Source: Hydrolagus colliei (lineage: Eukaryota). From it: 64,000 nt of DNA. Under the pieces are notes generated by a model. That model was not told the DNA's origin and searched no databases. It saw only the letters and a program-made list of their open reading frames with translations. Positions 11,407 to 25,204 of this stretch are shown here, in pieces; the stretch's first letter is position 1; each line of letters begins with the position of its first letter. The position numbers were made by a program, and so were the translations under genes. The stretch lies in the NCBI GenBank assembly GCA_035084275.1, contig CM068750.1, positions 10,230,001 to 10,294,000 on the forward strand. Direction: 5' to 3'.

Positions 11407-12149
11407 ATACCGTGTTCGTACCACAGAATGAAATGAACTCAAAGCAGTGTTTACATGTGATTTTTTTGATAATAGAACATAAATTATTTGTCACCAGTTG
11501 CAGTAAAGCCCACTCCAATTAATCCAAAGAGATTGTGCTCAGAGGGTTTAAAATACTGGATACGCTTTTGAAGTATTCCATTACTCACAATATCAGAAAC
11601 CACTAATTCTATAGCCAGAGTAATGGATGAGGTTCTTATGCCGAACAAAATATGTTCTACAAAGTGGCATATCCTTTTTTCTCGTGCAGCCAGTGTAGCT
11701 GCTGAACATTAGGTGATATTAATGTTATAAACAGCATAGGATTTCTTTTTGAACCCTGCTCAATCACATATTCTTTGCTTTACATGTTCGGTTACGAACA
11801 CAGGCTATTTGTAAGGACTGTTATAAACAACAGGAGATGATATATAGAAATTATAGACGGATCCAATTTAATATCCTTTAGGATTCATAATTAAAATCTC
11901 CTATAGAGGATGGTTTAAATATAAATAAAGCGTAGCTCTTGTAGCTTTCTAATATAATCATGTTCTTTAATTGGGCCAGTATTAAAGAGTGAGGCTGTTA
12001 AGGATTGTAGCCACATTCTGTTATTGGTAAATGAAATGGTCATTTATTTTTGCTGGAATGAGGAAAGGATTATGCAGGCATTGTTTCCTTAACCTGCTCT
12101 CTTTTGAAGACTCTATTGGTCAACCAATTTTTCTCTAAATCTTCAATAA

Positions 12150-12325
12150 AAATCATCCTTGCATTTGATATAGCCCCTTATCGTGTCTTCAAGACTTCTC
12201 AAAGCTCTTCACAGAATATCTTGTAAAGTGAGTTCACTGTATATTTTGTGGATGAAACAAGGCAGCCAATTGTGCACAACTGTGTCCCTTATAGAGTTGT
12301 GGATTGAGTGACCAAATTATTATTA
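12150..12325 (-). mobile_element. SINE 3' portion (dominant family)
   Basis: atccttgcatttgatatag...gcagccaattgtgcacaac...gtgaccaa matches the family consensus seen elsewhere in the window. Confidence 0.8.
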
Positions 12326-12374
12326 TGATTATCCCTGGTGCTAGAAAGCACTATATCAAAAGTGATCTGCATAT

Positions 12375-12490
12375 GGATATGGAGCAAGGGCAGATAATTC
12401 AAGTTGAGGTACTAGATCAACTATCATTTCCTAGAATGACAGAACATGCTTGAGGGGCTGAATGGTCTGCTCCTCTTCCTATGTTTCTAT
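12375..12490 (+). mobile_element. Degenerate CR1 3' end
   Basis: gatatggagcaagggcag...gaggggctgaatggtctgctcctcttcctatgtttctat resembles CR1 3'UTR/tail; similar remnants at ~6790-6850, ~50290-50470 and ~54260-54440. Confidence 0.55.
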
Positions 12491-13392
12491 GGGTTTTATC
12501 TGAAGATTATTGGTCAGGATTTAATAATGTGGTGTTAAATGGTGTCACTTGCTGCTCCTTACTGTGCTTCTGACTGCATGGAATCTGATACTGAAAGAGA
12601 CTCACACTCATGGGGAATTTAAAAGGGAAAACATGGGGAAGGACATTGGAGAAATAAATATGGACAGATATTATATCTGTTAATAATATGAAATAATGTT
12701 AATAATATTAACAATAATAATTTTTACATTTGGTATAGCCCCTTTCAAGTTGGGAAAAAGTCCCAAGGTGCTTTACAGGGCATATTGTAATAAAGAATGT
12801 TTTCATTTTTTACATCATGCTGCATATTACATTATGATATGCACAGCACATATATCAGTGCAAGCATTGCAAAAAATTAAAATTGCTATTTAATCTCTGA
12901 GTACAGGTGGTGTTTATGAATTACTCCCTTTATTTGCTGCTGAATATATTTGATGCTCATTCACAGGATTGTTTTTTAGCAAATATACAAGGATTCTTCC
13001 AATTTCTTCCAGTTTTTGTTGACTGGGGTGGGATTAAATGAAACAACAAGTTCAGCTTGTTATGGTCTTGTAGCTAATTGTATTATTAGAACCTGTTCTA
13101 TGAAGTTCAAGCCTCATTACTCACTCCCAACAGTCTGTAGTTCTATGTTTTCAAGTCCTCCAACTCTACCAGTATTTGAGGATGAGGCTAAACACTAGGA
13201 GATTATATATAGATGTAATTCCAAGAAAGCTAAATCTGTACTTGTATTGCAACCAGATGTGCCAGGGCTGTTATGATCTATTGACATAAATAATAAATAA
13301 AACATTAAACCACAAGGATCCATTTGGATCTCAACTTTGTAGTTTTTTTTCCTGAAAACTGGGAAAATAACACCATTGGAAGAATACTTTAC

Positions 13393-13590
13393 CCGAGTCC
13401 AGATTTACTCTATTTAATGTCCATAATTTGCAAAATTGTCAATTCCAGTCTTAACTTTGAAGTCAGTTTTCTATAGGTTTTGAAAGATCTTACAGAAATC
13501 CAGCTCCAAAATTAAGAGTCTAATTAAATACACGTATTTGTATTTGTAGTAAATTCTCCAAAATGCTATGTTAGGTAAATCTAGACTCAG
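13393..13590. mobile_element. MITE-like element with ~16-bp TIRs, copy 1
   Basis: Left ccgagtccagatttac vs right gtaaatctagactcag (14/16 inverted match); internal similarity to 45153-45344. Confidence 0.6.
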
Positions 13591-14284
13591 CTGAAATTTC
13601 TCCCTGCATGTGTATTTATTCATTTGTGCTTTGAAGTCAATTACAATGCTTTACAAGTGGAAAGCATTGTAAATTGTCTCATAGTGTGACTTGTAGTTAA
13701 CAGGTTAAGTGAAGTTAGCAACATGCTTTTTTAAAAAAAACAATAGCAACATTGATATTTGATCTAGATATTTCCTTTAACACCATTATTTTGAAAAAGA
13801 ATGAATAGAAATGTAAATTGTGCTGAAACGTATTTAAACAGCTGGAAATTTCAAGGTAGTAAATTGATGTATAATCAGTTGGTGTATAATCAACCACACT
13901 TGACCATAGTTTGTAAATTGTTGACAAGCTTCCAGCAGCTGTTTTTAACCTATGGCAAGTTTTACACTGATTCCTGGCAATCTGTGAAAGAGAATATCTA
14001 AGCATGAACTGTAAAGCAATAAGTCATCATATGGTGATTTTCCCTAATATTAGATGTGATCATAATCCTCCCTCTCAAGCTAAGGAGGTCAAAGAATAGA
14101 AGCTAGTTCATATATTTTATGATCTGATTATTTTCTGACCTTAAGGAGAGTTAGTAAATAGATTCTGCTGCAGTATTTTCCATTTACTGATGAATCTTAA
14201 GGAATTACTGTAAGTGGTTAGCCTGGTTCAATTGGTTGTCCTCATTTCCCTTCTTCGGTGAAGTAACTGCTGCATTGTCAGTCC

Positions 14285-14345
14285 TTGTCAGTCTCCACTG
14301 GCTTCCTGTCAACTTCAAGTTCCTTACTCTCACTTATAAATCCTC
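14285..14345 (+). mobile_element. Small L2 LINE ORF2 remnant
   Basis: agtctccactggcttcctgtc...ttcaagttccttactctcacttataaa translates SLHWLPVNFKFLTLTYK, an L2 ORF2 motif (LHWLPV..FK). Confidence 0.55.
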
Positions 14346-14680
14346 AGGTGAGCAATAATGATCATTAAACATTAAAGTTTGATGAGTATGGAAATCCAGA
14401 AATTCGTCCAGTGCTCCAACAGCCCTTCACATTAATTAAATTTAAACATGTCATCCAAAGCTATGTACATTTCCAACAGTACAGTAAACCTCCAACACTG
14501 CTCTGTAATGACACTCTAGACTAAACACTAGCCGTGAACCTACAAAGCCCTGACCCAGAAGGTAAATTGCTTATGAATTGTGCCAAACTGCAATTGCCCA
14601 TCTCATCATCAGGGATTAGACAGAATGTATGTTTAAATCGCAATTTTAAGTGTTTCTTCTGCAAGAAGGTCAAGACATGG

Positions 14681-14945
14681 ATTAGTGTTTAGATCACTTG
14701 CCTCACAAGTGAGGGGACCTGGATTCAATTCCCAGGCAGGGTGAAACATTGGCTAAGTTTCCTTACTCCACACACCTCTGTTTACCTAGCGGTAAGTAAA
14801 AACCTGGTTGTTAGTCAATTGGCAACTTGCTTTTCGGGGGTAATAATCCCTTCAAAGGAAAATTTCTAAATAAATAAATAGGCAACAACTGTTTGTGGGG
14901 CACCCTTGTGTGCAATTGGCTGCCGTGTATCACCCAAAATATAGA
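14681..14945 (+). mobile_element. tRNA-derived SINE, long-body variant
   Basis: Family head and body plus an extra ~60-bp segment (ctctgtttacctagcggtaag...ggcaacttgc) absent from the other copies. Confidence 0.75.
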
Positions 14946-15952
14946 GCCACTTTCAGCCAAATTCACTTTGACCAATTCTTAACCAGAGTGACTAATTAGT
15001 TCTAAGGTCACCTCCTCTTTCTCTTCAGCTTGGCATCAAACTGTTAAGTGCTCTGACATGTTATCCCAGGTAACGAGTGCTATATAAATGCAACTTATAT
15101 TGCCATTTTACTGTTCATTTGCATCAGTGCATATACTTTTCATCAATGGCAGGTTTACCTCATAAAATATGCAATATAAAACATATATGTAAAATACCAA
15201 TAGTTAGTCATTCCTTGTGATGACTTTATTTCTGACCTTATTCCATGGGAGGAACTGGTTTTAAGACAAAGAAAATGTATATATACTGATTGAGTTTTAT
15301 ATTATTTGGCTTTCTGCCATTCTGCTGGGAATTAAAAGAAGGTATTATGATGGATTTTGTTTCTTTCGGGAATTAGGCCCGGCTGCAGCTTAGTCTTTGT
15401 GCATTGCTTTTATTAAATGAAATGGATGTCTGCCTTTCAGCTCAGCCTTTAGCTTTTGTGACTTTAGAGTGACTTCCAATTCAATCCAATCAAAATCCTA
15501 TCCTCACGTTAATGTCGATTTCATACTTGTTACCTCAGAAAGTATACATTTTGGCAGGCAATAATTCATTCAGATTTAACATACAGTATTTATATTTTTT
15601 ATTGAGCTTGTGCTTTACAGCTTTTCTCTGACTATTTTTCGAATGTAATTTCGCCATTTATAACATTTTCACAATAGTTGCGTTGGTAATACAAAGTGCA
15701 TTCCAGTCCTGACCTGACCTTATCTGTACCTACCCATTGAACTCCCCCAAATACCAGCTGGTCAAAAATGCTTCTGAGGTGAATCATCTTTATGTAACCT
15801 TTCAGTAGTCAGCTTGTCAAGCTTGATGGATGTTATTGTGAGTGAATAGTTCTTTTAAAATGTATTTCTACACAATTCAGACTGTCCTAGTTAAGTAGAA
15901 GCAACTCTTTCAGTTGGTCTGGAAAAATAGCTACTGTATCATTTTTTATCAA

Positions 15953-16185
15953 CTTGGGCAAGTTTCCTTACTCCACATGCCTAATAATAATAATCCATAA
16001 ACAAAAAAAATTGGTCATTTTAATCCACCAATGTTTGTTGGACACTGTCGTGTGTAATTGGCTGCCACATTTTGCCCACAAATATACAGTCAATTCACTT
16101 TACAGTATATTCTGCAAAGCACTTTGAAATATCCAGAAGAAGTGAAAAGTGCATCAAATACAAGGATTCTTATTATTATCATTAT
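15953..16185 (+). mobile_element. SINE, 5'-truncated (dominant family)
   Basis: cttgggcaagtttccttactccac through caaggattcttattatt tail. Confidence 0.85.
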
Positions 16186-18994
16186 TTTGAGCATTTTGAT
16201 TTCTGAAGCGTGTTTGGATGTGATTGTCCTTCAAAATCGTTTGCACAAAACAATTGTGGTCCTTCAAAATATTCTTCCTAAGAACAGATACAAAGATCAT
16301 CTATTCAACCTCAATCACCGCCATAGGATTTGGAGCGTTCATTTGAGCCAGTCATCCAATTGTTGAATAATTGATATACTAAAGCTGTATCTTTGTTATT
16401 AGTGATGCTAAAAGGATCACGTTTTTTCCCCCACAGGGTTACAAATGACAGCATCTATCAAGGATGTTTGCCTCTTGATAAAGTATTTGGTAGATCAACT
16501 ATGGATGTCAACTCTAACAATAGTCTGCAGCACAGCACTTTTAACAAGGTCTTAAGTACTGCTATTGCAGGATCAAGTACACTTCAGTACAAATAACAAA
16601 CCATCCCACTAACTTATAAATATTCCATCCTATTATTTCTTGTTATATTCTCAAAATTGCTGAAAAATGTGTGAATATATAATGTACACGTTATAGATCC
16701 TAATAGGTTTATCACATATTTTGTGATATGAAAGTTGTTTGGACACATTTGTACAGTTAGTCCATATGTTTTCTTTTCAGCTTCCTCCTTTGTATAGCAC
16801 AGACATGCTTTTCCTATCTGAATGTCGTTACTTTAATACAAATTGAGTAGTTCCTGGAGTTGACTATCGGTAACATCATAGTCTGTTACATCCCTTTTTA
16901 AAGAATTGATTGATGCAACTTTACTGGAATGGCCTCTGGCCAGCTCTGCTTATTTGAAATTAAACCTCTGTATTACCTTAGGAAAGGTTTCAACATAAAT
17001 CTCTAGGTTGATGAAATGTTTAATACTGCATAGATATAATTTTGCCTTTTCTTGGAGATAGTTTTTGCATGGATTCTGAATACAGTATGCTTCTACAGCT
17101 GTGCAGAGTATTGTGACAAAATGAATAACAAAAGCTCTGGACTGCAATAGCTTGAATTTGATTTTGCCAGTTAATTCTAACTGACCAGCATTAGGAACCT
17201 GTTACTGATAACATAGTAGGTCCACTTATCTATACATTGTCTAATATGAGAATTCACCTGCATCAAAATATTTGATTAAGAATTGGTCTGCTGGGGCAAT
17301 TGCACTCAAATAATAAGCTAATTTATTCCATTTCAGAAATCTGTCTTTGATCCTTTTTTTTCTTTGGTCCCATATTCCACTAAAACAATAAACATTTTTA
17401 TTGACAAACAAATTACAGCACTTTTCAATTCTCAAATTCATGATTTTAATATACTTTCCATATCCTATATATTCATTAAATCTAAAATCCAACTTATTTC
17501 TCCCCAAATTTTCTGTGTACTGATTTCCTGAGTGAATGTGCTTCCAATATGTTATTTCAAGAGAGAGGGTAGGACAGTGAGAACATCATCCACTGTTGCA
17601 AACTCATTAAACCTATTATAGAGAACAGAAAAAAATCTGCTGTTGCATCGTTTGCCTTCTTAACATGCCTGTTGTGGCAATGTGTCTAATATCTGTTGTT
17701 TTATTATTCATTTTATGAGCCAGTTCTGGCAATGTGCTTAATGTCTATCTTGCCGCTTTGTATTCACTGAGACGATAATGGCAAAATATATTATGCCTGT
17801 TACAATAAGATTTTACGAATCTGCTGTAACAAATTTATTAACGTAACACGATTAGGCCCATTAAGGCAAATCATTTTTTTTAGAGGCTGCTCCACTCTGG
17901 TAAACAAAATGATCAATTTCTCGGACTGGTAACAGACGAGATTTTCGCCAAGTATTCTGACCTGACTCGAAAGGACATCTACTTGGCTTTCCGGTGAAAA
18001 GCATTTAAACAAATCAACCCTGCAGTCAACAACACAGACAAGATCTACATCAATTACGATCCATTTCTGATATTGATTCTTTGAGCAATGAAGCAAGTCA
18101 ACCATGCACTCACTCCCTTCGTATTTCATTCTGTTCAAAAAGGAAAGAATAAATCTCTCAGTCAAATTAAATCAACCAATTCAGAGAGAGATACAGTCCC
18201 TAATAAACCAGATAGAAGCTGGTACAGAGATGACAACTCCACTGAAGATCGTAATCTAAGTGTCTAATTGAGGTCAGTTTCCTTATCTAAAATGGATGAA
18301 AACAGTAAGTGACTTTTGTAGCTTTTCTTCTTCTCAATAAGCACATTTGATTCACATCTGACAATGGTATTTCAACTAAATGTTTTCAAGCCGGCAATAT
18401 GCTCACCACAGACAAAATGTTCAGCAGGCTAGACATCATTTGTAACATGTCAGCATTTTTAGCATCATCACATGTAAGCTACACAGCAGTACATTTGCGA
18501 TATAATAGTAATTGATACCAAACATTAAAAGGCACATCAAGTAAATACTTGGTGTGAGGTACAACACAATATGATTTATACTTAAAGGCTGAGCTGAGGT
18601 TGGGTGGTAAAAATGTGCTGAGTCAAATTGTTTCTTGCCATTCATCTTCAAACAACCCCCAAAAAAAACACTTTGTCAAAAAGAGGGCCAGTTATAATGT
18701 TAAGGAAAAATACACTTTCAATGGCATTTGAGCAAGTGATGTACAATGGAAATTATAACAATTTAATGATTCAATTCAAACTCTGAGCACAGATGGTGTA
18801 CATAAGTCATTTCAATCTCCACTCTGGTGTTCTCTGACGATGTCACTGGGACCTAACACTAAGATTGCTGCTTTAGAATTTGATAAATCTCAGCGTACTT
18901 CACTGTTGAACGACAGAAATGATAATTAAATATCAGTAAAACCCTGAGGTGTAGATTGTTAGACAATCCAGAATCCAGGAATGGAATGTATACC

Positions 18995-19470
18995 ATAATA
19001 ATAATCCTTGCATTTGATATACCACCTTATCATGTCTTTGAGACATCTCAAAGCATTTAACAGATAATCCTTGCATTTGATATAGTGCTTTTCACATCTT
19101 CTAGATGTCTCAAAGCACTTCACAGGATATACTATAAAGTCAATAGACCATATGTTTGTGGGCGAAACATGGCAGCCAAATGCTTTCAGCAGTGTGCCAC
19201 GAACAGTCGTGGATTTAAGTTTTTTTCTTGAGAGATTATTATCAGGTGTGTGGAGCAAGGAAACTTGCCTAAGTTTTCGCCCCGCCTGAAATCGAACCCA
19301 GGTCGCTCGCTTGCAAGGTGAGTGTTCTGACCACTGAGCTACAGGACTTCACAAGTCCTCGAGAATACACTGTGAAGTGAATTGACTGTATATTTTGTGG
19401 GTGAAAAGCGGCAGCCAATTGTGCACAGCAATGTCACAAAAACAGTCATTGATTGAAGTGACCAATTTTT
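18995..19470 (-). mobile_element. Full-length SINE with duplicated 3' tail plus an adjacent partial copy
   Basis: Two tandem tail segments (18995-19060, 19065-19110), body and tRNA head ending ~19350, then a second partial body to ~19470. Confidence 0.85.
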
Positions 19471-20951
19471 TTTCATTGTATATGAAGTGATGACTATTGA
19501 GTTGAAAAGTGGTGTTAACGTTCTTGAAGTTAAATTGGGATAGATTTGCTGCTGTCATGTGTCTATCAGCTCTTACTGTTCCCGATCCTGTAGGTTTATC
19601 ATGTGCATGTATCGTTTGTCTAATTATACAAATACTGTACATGTATGCAACCTGAAGATAGGAAAGGAGGGAGCGAGACGAAGGGATTGAGAGAGGGAGT
19701 ACCAAAGTTCCGGTATAATTGCTGAACTGATAGAAATTATTCGATACAGATCATATTCCATGCAGAACAAATCTGTGCAAATTTCTAGTTTTACAATTAA
19801 TCTAGTGCTTTCACCTATTTTCCTCCTCACACCTTCCGAAGATATTTGACTCGTTTTCCATTTGGTAGGTTACGGTTCCACCAAGGTAGACCTCCATAGC
19901 AATTTTTGTCTCTCTGGGGAATTCTTTTTCAAGAAAAGTTTTAAATTTTTCAAAGGATAAAAATAAATTACTCGTACCAAAAATCTGTAACTTTATTGTT
20001 CTTTTATATAAAAAATCTTAATGTCACCTACAAATACACACCGTTTTAGAAAGTGTAAGCATCCTGTGAAGTGCTTTAAGATGTTTTCAGGATGTGATAA
20101 GGTGTTATATCCAACCACACTTGTTATTATTAACTATCTCTCGCTTGCATATTGGCCTCACAACCTTATCTTGCCACAGTTATTCATCAATTAAAAGCTA
20201 TTGAAATGTTGAATATTTGGTTGAACTGTGACTGTGAGGCAGCTGAATCTATTTGAAATTATGTAATGTTTTCTGTGGTAATTAATCGGTAGTATTTAAA
20301 GCAGTTCATTCCAAGAAGACATTTCCCTCCAGTGAGCTGAGTGATAATTTCTGAAATTTGAATTGTGACACAATGAACCAGAAGTACAGATTTACTTAGA
20401 AATTTAAACACTGGATTGATTGCTTCTGTGAAGCTGAGCTGCAACTCCAGCGCCACCTGCTGTAGCAATATTTGATACTTCAAATTGGTCAGGTATTTTT
20501 TGTTATTTTGATTCATTATTCAAAGTCTAGTGCAAAACGAGAGAGTACTGAAGCCACTATGATAATCATCTGAGTGGTACAGGTACCTGTACACCCAGCC
20601 CAGAAAGAGAAAATGGGTGTTGTGGTGAGTGGTGCAAAACTGGTCATAGTTTACAAGGTGATATGTTTTGGGGTGTATTTAAATCTCCATCCAGTCAAAA
20701 AACCCTCCCCAGGTTCTATTGAATAGTCATTCTGTCCTTATAACTAACTGCTCAGTGTGGCAGTAAAACCCTTTAGTGGAATGGGAATTTAATTATGTTT
20801 CAACCTGTTTCTTGCAGCAATATGACGCACATTTTGAGGTCTCAGGCAGCACGGGTTTAGTGGAGCTGCCTTATGTAAACTAAGAAAGCCTTGTACAAAT
20901 AGGCAGTCCCTTAGGACCAAGACTTCACATTCTCCATGAAGTAAATGTGCA

Positions 20952-21263
20952 GAGCCCTGTAGTTCAGTGGTTAGAGCACTCGTCTTGCAAGCAAAAGACT
21001 TGGGTTCAATTCCAGATAGTGCAGGGGGATACTTTGGGCAAGTTTCTTTACTCCACATGCCTAATAATAATCCCTCAAAAAATGCAATTATAAATTGGTC
21101 ATTTCCAAACACGACTGTTTGTAGGACAATTGACGGCCACGTTTCGCCCACAAATATACAGTCAATTCACTTCACGGTATACATTATTCTGTGAAGCACT
21201 TTGAGATGTCCAGAAGATGTGAAAAGCACCATATCAAATGCAAGGATTATTATTATTATTATT
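20952..21263 (+). mobile_element. tRNA-derived SINE, full length
   Basis: A-box-like TAGTTCAGTGG, B-box-like GGTTCAATTCC, TTGCAAG anticodon-loop-like segment, L2-like tail and (ATT)n. Confidence 0.9.
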
Positions 21264-23417
21264 GAAAGTACCACTTCCGGGTGAGTCACAGCATCACCTC
21301 TAGCCTGCTCAAGCAGCCCTCGTTGGCTTCAAATAATTTACAAAGTTCTCCCCATTCCTCATTTATGAATAAATAAATCATTCTAACAATAATAATCCTT
21401 GCATTTGTTCATGTCTACGTGAAGTCTCAAAGCCCTTCCCGGAATACACTGTAAAGTGAATTGACTGTATGTTTGTCATAATAAAGTGAGAAATTGGACA
21501 CAGAATACCCCTGTCAGGGTAAGGTCACCGCTGATGCTGTGGTTTATCCGAACCCTCCTTCTTCGAGATTGCAACCAATCCCTTGATTGTTTCTGCAAGA
21601 TATGAATTTAACATGACAGCTCGGCTCCGTGGACAGCAACTCACCCTTTCTGGGTAAGAAAATTGCGGGTTTAACTCCCTTGCTTCAGGATCTTGAAATT
21701 CATCAGCACAGACTGGTGTTCCAGTCCAGAGCACTGGATGGAGCTCTGCATCATCATAGCTGTTGTCCTTTGGAATAAACTGATATCCTGCGGAAAAGAG
21801 AGGAACAGTATCATTTTTCAAAATATTGTCCCTTTTGATTTTGTTGTGCAAACAGCAGAAGTGAGTGTTTACTGTTACAGCGAAAGCCTGGCCTTTTTGG
21901 GACTGGTTTGCAATCCTTTCGAATCTCCATGTGAGATGGCTTGAAAACAGATGTTATTCTTTTTGAGTTGTTTGCAACCAATGTTGGTAACAGCCATCAA
22001 TCACCCTGAGATGAACGAATAAATTAGTCGTGATTCTTGTCTGCCTTTTTGGAATGGAGGTTAAAAATTGTGTGATGCTATTCGAAAGGAAAAGAGAATT
22101 CTCCCCATTTTCTAACCAAAAATCTCCCAGATTCGTTTCACTAGTGTGTGTGCGTGGGGGTATTTGTTTGTTTCACTGCTTTATGCAAATTGGATGCACC
22201 TATTCAGACATTCATTTCACTTTACACCAAATGTCCTGGCAGCATTTTGACTAAATAGGTAATTTACCAAATGCAATAAACCACTTTATTATTGCATTGA
22301 CAGAGTTCACAAGGGAGACTTAAAAAGTGCATTCCCTGGCTGATACGAAACACTGCAAAGCTAAACAAAAGTCGTTCAGACTGGACATAGGCAGAACAAG
22401 TTTTGTATTCTATCGATGCCCTTTCTGGTGAACATGAGTGGCAGCTGGTTTGAATTTATACGCTCATTGTGAACTAATGTTCCTATCAGTTCCACCTCTG
22501 AAGGTAAAGCATTATTCAGTTTAGGCAACAACAAATCTGTGAGAAACTGTTTGAGTGATCTAACTATCTAAGAATAAATGAACCATAGTGACAGTGAATT
22601 TCTTGTGATGTATTTCCATTAATATTGGTCTAAAATGTGATATTCATGAATACTGAAGCAACTGATTTTTTTAAAAAAAACTAAGAGTTGTGCCTGTAAA
22701 AACACATATATCACCTCAGTGATCAACTGAATGAGACATTATCACATACAGGCAGGTGTTCCCTTAAATTACCTCTTGCAGGTTGATGGGTGTTGAGGCC
22801 GGTAGTGAAGGCTACATTAATGTATGAACTCTTGTCATGGCCTGATTCTCGAAAGTTTATCCTGGTCACATATATGATATTAATCTGTCAACCATCAGTT
22901 TTGATTCGCTGCCAAGCTGGTCTTCGAAGCTTGTTTCCAAACCTATTAATTCTTGGTTTGTCTAGAAATTATTCTAATCTGCAAAATGCCAAGAGTTAGC
23001 AGGAGGAAGGTAAAGTGGAAGATTCAAACTTACTTTTCATGGCTTTGCTAAAGGAATGAAAAGTTAAATTTGGAAAGGGTATGGATTAAAATCTTTAAAA
23101 CAATGTTGACAGCAAAAAAACAAGAATGGGGCTCCTCCGAATCAGATAAGAAGTCAGATGTGAAGAAGTCCTTTGAGAGGCTCTCCTGACATGAGAGGTG
23201 CTATTATTAATGTAAAATTGTTGTTGTAGATTCTGAGAGTTTGGTTATTGTAATGGAAATGTTTGTAGTTTGAAGGTCTGGATGAAGAGCAGAGAATGAA
23301 AGACAGGAGCTGCAAACCACATAGGTGCGGAATGTGGATGAAGCTTTTCAGAGTTGGGTCACCAGAAAATAATGTGATATCTTTACAATTTGCAGCATAG
23401 TGGACAATGTATAGTTG

Positions 23418-23657
23418 TAATAGTAATAATAATAATCCTTGCATTTGATATAGTGCTTTACACATCTTCTAGGTGTCTTAAAGCGCTTCACAGAATATAC
23501 TGTAAAGTGAATTGACTGTATATTTTGTGGGCGAAACACGACAGCCAATTGCACACAGTAGTGTTCCACAAACATTTGTGGATTGAAGTGACCAGTTTAT
23601 TATTGGTTTTTTGGAGGGATTATTATCAGGCTTGTGGAATAAGAATACTTGCCCAAA
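23418..23657 (-). mobile_element. SINE, 5'-truncated
   Basis: (AAT)n atccttgcatttgatatag ... cttgcccaa. Confidence 0.85.
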
Positions 23658-24406
23658 GTGGTGTATTATCCCAAGGTGTTTATATCCATGGAGTGGAATC
23701 AAATTACGAATCAAACATTCTAACCATCAGCATTATGCTAATTTATCTTAAATCCTACCCTTCATTTATTCACCAAGTCTGAAAAGTGTAGAATAAACAT
23801 ATTGGCTTCTGCCACTGCAATTAGTTTCCACTCGCATAAATTCTTGAGAGCTTAGCACATTCTGCTGAGTTAAGGCACAGCAAGACTGATGTAAGCAGTA
23901 GCAACAGAGCTGAAGCAATAGATTGAGCACTATTTACGAATATGAGGTACTTTTTACATTTATCGAATTTGTGAAGAAATATTTTTAAAAAAACAATTTC
24001 TGAGCATGTATGTTTAAAAGTGAGTGCTGGTGATGTGGCTGGCTTGATGGAGTTAGTTCGGTCGGTCTCCAAATGATTGGCATGTCTAAATGCATAAAAT
24101 TGCATTTTGTAACTCAAAAGAACAGCTGCAGCACAATATGCAGTGCTATTAATAGAACAAACTCTGTGCCAGGTCGTCTGCCTAGTTTGCATTGAATGAT
24201 ATGAAGGAAGAAATCCAATGTTTCTCAAGATGAGACAAATGAGGTTCATGAGCAGGCAAAGAAATGGAAATCTATTGCTGTGAAATGCTAATACTCGAGA
24301 TTGCAATTGGGATACAATGTACTCGATCATGAATTTTGAGCTTTTCTATATGCTTTTTAAGTTTGTTTTATCCCATCATTTCAATCATGTATTGAAAGGT
24401 GAAAGA

Positions 24407-25204
24407 GGAAGAAACTATTCAATGGTTGGGATTTGGCTCCAATCCATAGGAGGCTTTTACATATCTCTCTAGAACAGTACTTTAACGTAAGCTACTGTCA
24501 TTCCAACATCTCACCGTTGCAGTACTGGTGAGGTCCCGGACACTGGCTGCTCGGTTAGAGTCCTCGCGGTTAGACTTGGATAAATCATAGCTAAGTTAAA
24601 AGATAATGGATGAGCCAATGCAATTCTTTCAGTAATTGAGGAGCAATGTCTCTGCTAAAGACATTTATTTATAAAAAGTCTTGTAAATACCAATAATTCC
24701 ATACACTGGAAGGCCTGATTCACCCTATGTTCTTTGGATGGACACTGATAAGATTCTGAATAATGTTCTCAAGTAATATTCCCACTGTATATTTTAGCAA
24801 TACAGTATCTGGTCCTCAATTCCTGGATTCCTGACTTGTTCCTGTTATAGTTGTTGGCTAAAACATTCTATCCATCGTCATTGCTTTTCTGTTCCTATCG
24901 CCTAAAGACATTAAGCAGAACTCGCCTGTCGAACAAACTGCAGTAGAATCCAGATTACAAAAACGATTACATGATACATCCAAATATGGTCTCATCAATT
25001 GATGAGATAGCAGATGAGTTAGACCGAATGGAGGGTCAAGAGGCAGGCAATCTTGAATTGCAAGAGTAGAATCTTGTGTCAGATTGAACTAAGTTTTCAC
25101 TTCACCATAAAACTAGGGGAAGAAACTATTCAATGGCTGGGATTTGGCTCCAATCCATAGGAGGCTTTTACTTATCTCTATAGAGCAGCACTTTAATGTA
25201 AGCT
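24407..25204. repeat. 87-bp direct repeat pair (24407-24493 and 25118-25204)
   Basis: ggaagaaactattcaatgg(t/c)tgggatttggctccaatccataggaggcttttac...gtaagct present twice with few substitutions. Confidence 0.9.
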
